DNA from: Candidatus Shapirobacteria bacterium CG2_30_35_20
GTDB taxonomy: Bacteria > Patescibacteriota > Microgenomatia > UBA12405
NCBI GenBank assembly: GCA_001873665.1
Contig: MNZO01000020.1
Coordinates: forward strand, 1-37,692
Reading direction: 5' to 3'
DNA length: 37,692 bases
Shown piece by piece: positions 27,524 through 33,364 of this stretch (position 1 is its first letter; every line of letters begins with the position of its first letter). The notes beneath the pieces are model-generated. The model was given only the letters and a program-made list of their open reading frames with translations. It made no database searches and was not told the DNA's origin. Both the position numbers and the translations under genes were made by a program.

Positions 27524-28616
27524 AACTTGGCAATATTCTCTATTACTGACCATCATTGGTTTATTTTTCATCTCAATTTCCTCCCTTTTTGAAGCTCAAA
27601 AAAGTCTCGGCGATCCTAATTTTTTTATCAAAAAACAAATTATCTGGATTGCTTTGGGTGTTACTGCCATGTTTATTACTTCAAAAATAAATCTTGATTT
27701 CCTCCGTCGTCATTCTTTCTCTCTGTACGTAATCTCAATTTTACTCCTAATCATTGTTTTTATCCCCAGTCTTGGTCAAAAAACTTTTGGAGCCAGCCGC
27801 TGGATTGATCTTGGTTTCCTCAATTTTCAACCATCTGAATTTTTTAAGTTAATTACCATAATTTTTTTCCCCGCCCTATTTACCAGTCAAGACAAAACTA
27901 GCTTCAAACATTTGCTTATTTTTTTACTTCCGGCTTTTGGATTAATTGTTTTAGAGCCAAACCTAAGTACTGCTCTCTTATGTGCCGCCATTATCATTTC
28001 CACCTATTATTTGTCCGGCGGTCAATTATTGCCAATTTTTATTTCATTTTTGATTTTTTCATTACTGGGAATTGGACTTATTTTTTCCTCGGATTATCGT
28101 AAAGCTCGATTTAATACCCTCGCCAACATTCAGCAAAACAGTAATCTAAATTACCACAGCCAACAAATAATTATTTCTTTGGCCTCAGGGGGATTATCGG
28201 GCAGAGGAATTGCCAACTCTGAACAAAAATACAAATTCTTGCCCAAAATTAGCACTGATTCCATTTTAGCTATAATTGGTGAAGAAACTGGGCTTATTGG
28301 CCTTTTGGCCCTAAGTTATTTATTTATATCTTTTATTACCTATTTGTTTAAATTAGCCAACATGGTTACTTTGTTATTTGAAAAAGTATTAATCTCCTCT
28401 TTTGCTTGCTGGTTATCATATCAAGCTCTCATCAATTTTTCCGCTATTGTTGCTCTAATTCCCTTAACTGGAATTCCTTTTCCTTTTATTTCCTATGGCG
28501 GATCATCACTCCTCTCAATTATGGCTGCTGCTGGACTAGTAGCCAACATTGAGCGAAAATATAGACATGACAAAAAAAATCCTAATCACTGGTACTCACC
28601 TCACTCCCGCCATTGA
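27516..28616 (+). CDS. ftsW: SEDS peptidoglycan polymerase FtsW
   Basis: GASRWI, FQPSEF.K, EPNLST, GEETG and PLTGIPFPFISYGGSS; upstream of murG. Confidence 0.92.
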   Translation: MSKTWQYSLLLTIIGLFFISISSLFEAQKSLGDPNFFIKKQIIWIALGVTAMFITSKINLDFLRRHSFSLYVISILLLIIVFIPSLGQKTFGASRWIDLGFLNFQPSEFFKLITIIFFPALFTSQDKTSFKHLLIFLLPAFGLIVLEPNLSTALLCAAIIISTYYLSGGQLLPIFISFLIFSLLGIGLIFSSDYRKARFNTLANIQQNSNLNYHSQQIIISLASGGLSGRGIANSEQKYKFLPKISTDSILAIIGEETGLIGLLALSYLFISFITYLFKLANMVTLLFEKVLISSFACWLSYQALINFSAIVALIPLTGIPFPFISYGGSSLLSIMAAAGLVANIERKYRHDKKNPNHWYSPHSRH

Positions 28617-29604
28617 GTTAATTAATCAGTTAAAAGAAGATTCCATTAGTTGGGATATCACCTATATCGGTCGAAATTTTAACTCACATGAAAAAATCAG
28701 CCCCTCAATTGAGTCATTAACTATTCCCAAATTAAACATAAAATTCTATGGTTTTCAAAGTGGCAAACTTGATCGTCGCTGGTTACCCAACACCATTGCT
28801 GGCATCCCCCTTACTATCCAATCATTCATTAAAATCAACCATCTCATCAAAAAAATCAGGCCTGATATTGTTGTCTCTTTTGGGGGATATATTTCCGTTC
28901 CCGTTATTATAAATTCTTATTTACAAAAAATCCCCTCAATTACTCACGAACAAACCTCTACTTTAAGCCTATCCACCAAAATAAACTCAAAGTTTACCAA
29001 CAAAGTTGCCCTATCTTTCCCCTCAAACATCAAAAATACTAAATTTGTAGTTACCGGAAATTTATTTTTACGCGAAATCCTAAACTTAAAGTCAGATTAT
29101 TTTGAGTCATTAAATATAAAATTACCCATTATCTATTTAACTGGAGGCAATCAAGGTTCCATTATCTTAAATCAAACACTCCAAAAAATATTACCTACCT
29201 TGACAAAAAAATATTTTGTCGTCCACCAAACTGGAAATCAAAATTTTTCCGCCTCAAAAAATTATTTACCCATAAATTATATTTTTTCTGACAATATTGG
29301 TTGGATATTAAATAACTCCAATATTATCATTAGTCGCGCTGGTGCCAATATTTGCCAAGATATAACCGTATTATCAAAAAAATCAATTTTAATACCCCTT
29401 AAAATCAGTCAGCAGGATGAACAATTAAAAAATGCCAAATTAGTTAAATTAATAATGCCAAAGCTTACCATTATCATTCCTGAAATTAAACTAACTCCTT
29501 CCACCCTCCTCAAATCAATAAATAAATTAATAAAAATAAAAACAAATATCGCAATTAAACCAAAAATAAACTACAGTCTACTAAAACTCATCAAAACACT
29601 TTAA
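28567..29604 (+). CDS. murG: undecaprenyl-PP-MurNAc-peptide GlcNAc transferase
   Basis: ITGTHLTPA, SGKL.R, SFGGYISVP, HEQ, TGN, GGNQGS, SRAGA and EQLKNA; ATG 28567. Confidence 0.92.
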   Translation: MTKKILITGTHLTPAIELINQLKEDSISWDITYIGRNFNSHEKISPSIESLTIPKLNIKFYGFQSGKLDRRWLPNTIAGIPLTIQSFIKINHLIKKIRPDIVVSFGGYISVPVIINSYLQKIPSITHEQTSTLSLSTKINSKFTNKVALSFPSNIKNTKFVVTGNLFLREILNLKSDYFESLNIKLPIIYLTGGNQGSIILNQTLQKILPTLTKKYFVVHQTGNQNFSASKNYLPINYIFSDNIGWILNNSNIIISRAGANICQDITVLSKKSILIPLKISQQDEQLKNAKLVKLIMPKLTIIIPEIKLTPSTLLKSINKLIKIKTNIAIKPKINYSLLKLIKTL

Positions 29605-29613
29605 AATAGATAT

Positions 29614-30858
29614 ATGCCTCATTCCCAAACCATCTCCTGTCTTGATATCGGGACAACAAAAATAACCACCATTGTCGCCAATCTGGTTGATGCCAAATCA
29701 ACTCCCAACATTATTGGAGTTTCCTCAACTACGGCCAAAGGATTCAAAAAAGGACAAATAATAAATCTTGAACAAGCCTCTCAAACCATCACTGAGTCAA
29801 TCGAATCTGCCGAAAGAATGGCTAACTTAGAAATTAATCAAGTTTTTGTCTCCCTGACTGCCCCTCATTTCGAATCGATCAATTCTCATGGCGTCGCCGC
29901 TATCAGTAATCCCAATGGAGAAATTACTCAAGATGATATTTTTCGTGCCATCGAAGCCGCCAAAGCTATTACTCTTCCACCCAACAAAGAAATAATTCAC
30001 AGTATCCCCCGTATTTTCACCGTCGACGGTCAAGATGGTGTGGTTGATCCCATCGGTATGAACGGAATTAGGCTAGAAGTTGATTCTCATTTAATTTTAG
30101 CTTCTACCCCCGCCATAAAAAATTTAACCAAATGCCTCAAAGATATCAATATTAAAATAATTTCTCTAGCCTATTCCGGTCTCACCGCCGGCCTTGCCTG
30201 TCTCTCTGAAACAGAAAATGAGCTTGGTGTGGCTCTGGTTGATATTGGCGGATATAACACCAGCGTTACCATTTTTATCGATAATTCACCAGACTGTTCT
30301 TTTTGTCTCCCTGTTGGTGCCAACAATATTACCGCCGACCTAGCTATCGGTTTACGTCTCCCACTCATCGATGCCGAAAAAATTAAAATCAGATTAGCCC
30401 AATTAGCCGACAAAAAAGGATTTAATGATGAAATTGATCTTTCCAATATCGGTATTACTACCGACAACAACAAGCTTTCAATCTCCTCAACCGTTAATGG
30501 TATTATCAAACCCAGAATTGAAGAAATTATTCATCTTGTTTGGCAAGAAATATGTAATCGTGGTTTTCAAAACCTAATTCCTGCCGGAATCGTTCTGACC
30601 GGTGGTGGCGCTGAAACTATTGAACTAAAAAAAATAGCCCAAAAAATTATTCCTTTACCTCTCAGAATTGGTGAACCCCTCAAATTAAATGGCTTGGTTG
30701 ATGACATTGCTTCTCCAGCCTATAGTAGTACCATCGGCTCGATTCTGTTTTTTCAAAACTCCAAACAAATTCCCCATACCTCAAATAAAAAAATAAATAT
30801 CCCTTTCAAACAAATTTTTCAAAAAATTAAAAATTTTTTAGCACCATTATTACCCTAA
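29614..30858 (+). CDS. ftsA: cell division protein FtsA
   Basis: LDIGTTKI, VDIGG and GIVLTGGGA. Confidence 0.95.
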   Translation: MPHSQTISCLDIGTTKITTIVANLVDAKSTPNIIGVSSTTAKGFKKGQIINLEQASQTITESIESAERMANLEINQVFVSLTAPHFESINSHGVAAISNPNGEITQDDIFRAIEAAKAITLPPNKEIIHSIPRIFTVDGQDGVVDPIGMNGIRLEVDSHLILASTPAIKNLTKCLKDINIKIISLAYSGLTAGLACLSETENELGVALVDIGGYNTSVTIFIDNSPDCSFCLPVGANNITADLAIGLRLPLIDAEKIKIRLAQLADKKGFNDEIDLSNIGITTDNNKLSISSTVNGIIKPRIEEIIHLVWQEICNRGFQNLIPAGIVLTGGGAETIELKKIAQKIIPLPLRIGEPLKLNGLVDDIASPAYSSTIGSILFFQNSKQIPHTSNKKINIPFKQIFQKIKNFLAPLLP

Positions 30859-30862
30859 ATGC

Positions 30863-30976
30863 CAAAAAACAAATCTACAATTTCCAAACAAGTTCCAAAT
30901 CTACAAGTTCCAATTGGGATTTGTAATTTGTTTATTGTGATTTGTTTGGAAATTGTTTTTTGTAATTTGGAAATTA
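30863..30976. repeat. roughly 7-nt-periodic inverted repeat element filling the ftsA-ftsZ gap
   Basis: caatttccaaacaa (30878-30891) is the perfect reverse complement of ttgtttggaaattg (30942-30955); 18-nt direct repeat at 30870-30887 and 30896-30913. Confidence 0.75.
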
Positions 30977-30987
30977 TTTTATAAAAA

Positions 30988-32082
30988 ATGGGATTAATAA
31001 AAACTCTTACCGGTCAATTCGCAAAGATCAAAGTTGTTGGTGTTGGAGGTGGTGGTAATAATGCCATCAATTCAATGATCAACGAAGACAACATCAAGGG
31101 TGTCGAGTTTGTCGCAGTTAATACCGATTCACAGGCGTTACTAAACTCTCTCGCCGATATTAAAATTCAAATTGGAGAAAAATTAACCAAAGGACTCGGG
31201 GCTGGCGGTGAACCACAAGTCGGACAACAAGCAGCCGAAGAATCACGAGAACGCATCAAAGAAGCTCTCACCGATACTGATATGCTTTTTATTACTGGTG
31301 GTATGGGTGGAGGAACATGTACTGGCGCTGCCCCAATTATTGGCGAAATTGCCAAAAAAGAATTAGGTATTTTAACTATTGCCGTTGTTACCAAGCCATT
31401 CTTATTTGAAGGTTCAAGGCGTATGAGTCGGGCCGAAGATGGCCTATCCCATCTTCGCCAATATGTTGATACTCTAATTGTCATTCCCAATCAAAAAGTC
31501 ATGGAAGTGGTCAACAACCAAGCCACGCTATTAGAAGCCTTTAAAATTGCCGATAATGTATTAACTAAAGGCACCAAAGCCATCGCCGATTTAATTACCA
31601 CCACCGGTTTAATAAATCTAGATTTTGCCGATATTAAATCGGTTATGGGCAATGCTGGTTCCGCCCTCATGGGTGTGGGTGAAGCTGAAGGTGAAGGACG
31701 TGCCCAAAAAGCCGTCGAATTGGCTATCGATTCTCCCTTAGTTGAGGCAAATATTGACGGTGCCCGAGGTGTGTTAATCAATATTAATGGTGGTCCTGAT
31801 ATTACCATGGCCGAAATCGAGCAAGCTGCCAAAACTATTACCGACCATGTTGCCCCCGATGCCAATATCATTTTTGGCGCTTCAATCGATTCAGAACTAT
31901 CCGGAAAAATAAAAGTTACCGTTATCGCTACTGGTTTTGATAATTCAAAAATTCATTATGCCAAACCCACCCAAGAACCACTACTATCAGGTGAATATAA
32001 AAATATTTTAGATAATCAAATTATTCCCGAAGGTCTGGACATCGAAACCGATTTCGACATCCCCGCCTTCCTTCGCAAATAG
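30988..32082 (+). CDS. ftsZ: cell division protein FtsZ
   Basis: GVGGGGNNA, GGGTCTG, INLDFAD and C-terminal DIPAFLRK. Confidence 0.98.
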   Translation: MGLIKTLTGQFAKIKVVGVGGGGNNAINSMINEDNIKGVEFVAVNTDSQALLNSLADIKIQIGEKLTKGLGAGGEPQVGQQAAEESRERIKEALTDTDMLFITGGMGGGTCTGAAPIIGEIAKKELGILTIAVVTKPFLFEGSRRMSRAEDGLSHLRQYVDTLIVIPNQKVMEVVNNQATLLEAFKIADNVLTKGTKAIADLITTTGLINLDFADIKSVMGNAGSALMGVGEAEGEGRAQKAVELAIDSPLVEANIDGARGVLININGGPDITMAEIEQAAKTITDHVAPDANIIFGASIDSELSGKIKVTVIATGFDNSKIHYAKPTQEPLLSGEYKNILDNQIIPEGLDIETDFDIPAFLRK

Positions 32083-32087
32083 TTTAA

Positions 32088-32151
32088 ATACGTCATTACG
32101 AGGAGCAATTACAACGGTGACGTGGTAATCTCGTTGAGATTTTATCAGCCT
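32088..32151 (+). repeat. palindromic repeat, copy 1
   Basis: atacgtcattacgaggagcaattacaacggtgacgtggtaatctcgttgagattttatcagcct. Confidence 0.88.
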
Positions 32152-32164
32152 GACATTTTTCCCG

Positions 32165-32173
32165 TGATATAAT
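32165..32173 (+). promoter_or_regulatory. extended -10 promoter for hicBA (leaderless)
   Basis: TGATATAAT ending 6 nt before ATG 32180. Confidence 0.6.
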
Positions 32174-32179
32174 CTATTC

Positions 32180-32440
32180 ATGGTAAACCAATCATTTAAA
32201 ATCATTTTAGAGCAAGACGAAGATGGAGTTTTTGTGGCGTCAGTGCCAGCCGTACCCGGTTGTTTTGCTGAAGGTAAAACTTATGAAAAAGTAATGGAAA
32301 ATATCAAGGAAGCGTTAAGTCTGTGTCTTGATGTAGCCAACAAAGATAAAGACTATCACGCCAAAATTGATTGGTCTGATGGAAATAAAAGTAAATTTTT
32401 TGGCATAGTAAATTTAAATATGCCAATGTTAGCTTGCTAA
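32180..32440 (+). CDS. hicB: HicB-family antitoxin (short form)
   Basis: ILEQDEDGVFVASVPAVPGCFAEGKTYEKVMENIKEALSL. Confidence 0.9.
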   Translation: MVNQSFKIILEQDEDGVFVASVPAVPGCFAEGKTYEKVMENIKEALSLCLDVANKDKDYHAKIDWSDGNKSKFFGIVNLNMPMLAC

Positions 32441-32442
32441 AA

Positions 32443-32673
32443 ATGCCCAGGTTACCAGTAATTAATCACAAAAAGTTAGAAAAGGTATTAAAAAATTTGG
32501 GATTTGAAGAAATAAGGCAAAAAGGTAGTCATGCTTTTTTCAAAAGATTTAGCGATGGCAAAACAACCGTAGTTCCCAAGCATAATGGTGATTTAGGAAA
32601 GGGATTATTGCGAAAAATCTTAAACGAAATTGATTTATCAATAGGGGAGTTAGAAAAAAGATTGAGAAAATAA
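32443..32673 (+). CDS. hicA: HicA-family mRNA interferase toxin
   Basis: LGFEEIRQKGSH, TTVVPKH and GLLRKIL; ATG 32443. Confidence 0.9.
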   Translation: MPRLPVINHKKLEKVLKNLGFEEIRQKGSHAFFKRFSDGKTTVVPKHNGDLGKGLLRKILNEIDLSIGELEKRLRK

Positions 32674-32677
32674 AAAG

Positions 32678-32744
32678 ATACGTCATTGCGAGGAGCAAAT
32701 ATATAAATAGCGACGTGGTAATCTCGTTGAGATTTTATCAGCCT
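32678..32744 (+). repeat. palindromic repeat, copy 2 (direct repeat of copy 1)
   Basis: atacgtcattgcgaggagcaaatatataaatagcgacgtggtaatctcgttgagattttatcagcct. Confidence 0.88.
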
Positions 32745-32767
32745 CAGTTTTTGGTATAATACAACAC

Positions 32768-33047
32768 ATGGATAAGAGAGAGAGAGAAAAAAAACAATTG
32801 TTTCAAACGAAATTATCCACCCAACAATAACTATTCGCAAAGCTAACCCAAAAGAGGAACAAACCCGAGTTTCACAATCAATAGTAAAACTACCATTTTA
32901 TAAAACACACAATTATAAAATAATTTTACCCTTTATCCTGTCCAGAATTTAGTTGATAAAAATATATTTCAAATGGTTACTTTAGAAAACGCATGGCAAA
33001 AAATACCTGATGTTTTGACAGAATATGTAAAACAATATCCTCGATAG
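32768..33047 (+). pseudogene. probable frameshifted or internally deleted ORF
   Basis: TGgTATAAT then ATG; frame 0 stops at 32830; after the (AG)6A8 tract the -1 frame is open to 32952; the third frame is open 32919-33047. Confidence 0.4.
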
Positions 33048-33055
33048 TCCTTCTC

Positions 33056-33107
33056 AATCCCCACGAGATTGCCACGTCGCTGTTGTAATTGCTCCTCGCA
33101 ATGACGT
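33056..33107 (-). repeat. palindromic repeat, copy 3 (inverted)
   Basis: reverse complement acgtcattgcgaggagcaattacaacagcgacgtggcaatctcgt has 4 mismatches to copy 1 over 45 nt. Confidence 0.88.
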
Positions 33108-33131
33108 CCTAGCGTGTTGTATAATACCCCA

Positions 33132-33164
33132 ATGTCACAGACCACAAAAATAATCATTACCTAG
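33132..33164 (+). CDS. putative ileS leader peptide MSQTTKIIIT
   Basis: TATAAT 33120-33125, ATG 6 nt later, consecutive ATA ATC ATT codons, TAG, then hairpins and a terminator, upstream of ileS. Confidence 0.65.
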   Translation: MSQTTKIIIT

Positions 33165-33188
33165 CCCGAGGGTTTTCCTCGGCTTTAT

Positions 33189-33213
33189 AAATCCGCCTAG
33201 GCGGATTTTTTTT
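33189..33213 (+). terminator. intrinsic terminator (attenuator-like) upstream of ileS
   Basis: perfect palindrome aaatccgcctaggcggattt running into T8. Confidence 0.65.
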
Positions 33214-33283
33214 GCTGTTTTATAGCAAAATTTGGAGCAAAGCGACATAATTTTGTTTTAAAACGCAATCCGCCTTTGGCGGA
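33212..33283. repeat. long hairpin with a GGAGCAAAGCGAC loop, plus a second tccgcc-ttt-ggcgga palindrome
   Basis: gttttatagcaaaatt (33217-33232) pairs with aattttgttttaaaac (33249-33264); tccgcctttggcgga at 33269-33283. Confidence 0.6.
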
Positions 33284-33304
33284 GTTTTATTATATAATCA
33301 AATA

Positions 33305-33364
33305 TAAATTAAAAATTTAAAAATTGTAAATTTAAAATTGATTAAAAATTTTAAATTAAAAATT
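33305..33364 (+). repeat. AAAATT-type heptamer repeat abutting the ileS start
   Basis: taaattaaaaatttaaaaattgtaaatttaaaattgattaaaaattttaaattaaaaatt followed directly by ATG. Confidence 0.7.

Noticed and set aside
29827..31871. Antisense ORFs within ftsA and ftsZ, and similar shadow ORFs throughout the window
   Set aside because: They are fully nested in conserved genes and carry no recognisable motifs; expected shadow frames.
32088..33107. CRISPR array or classical integron
   Set aside because: The spacers are hundreds of bp and contain genes, one copy is inverted, and there are no cas or intI genes and no clear attC core sites.
32008..33157. Minus-strand ORFs 32008-32205, 32529-32840 and 32969-33157
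   Set aside because: Their shared peptides (RDYHV..APRND, RHCEEQ) are translations of the repeat, and they overlap better-supported features.
33108..33364. T-box riboswitch upstream of ileS
   Set aside because: No T-box consensus (GGTGGNACC) or stem I motifs were found; a leader peptide explains the region better.
33338..33364. ileS N-terminal extension MIKNFKLKI from the ORF track
   Set aside because: It is a translation of the heptamer repeat; ATG 33365 gives a normal N-terminus.
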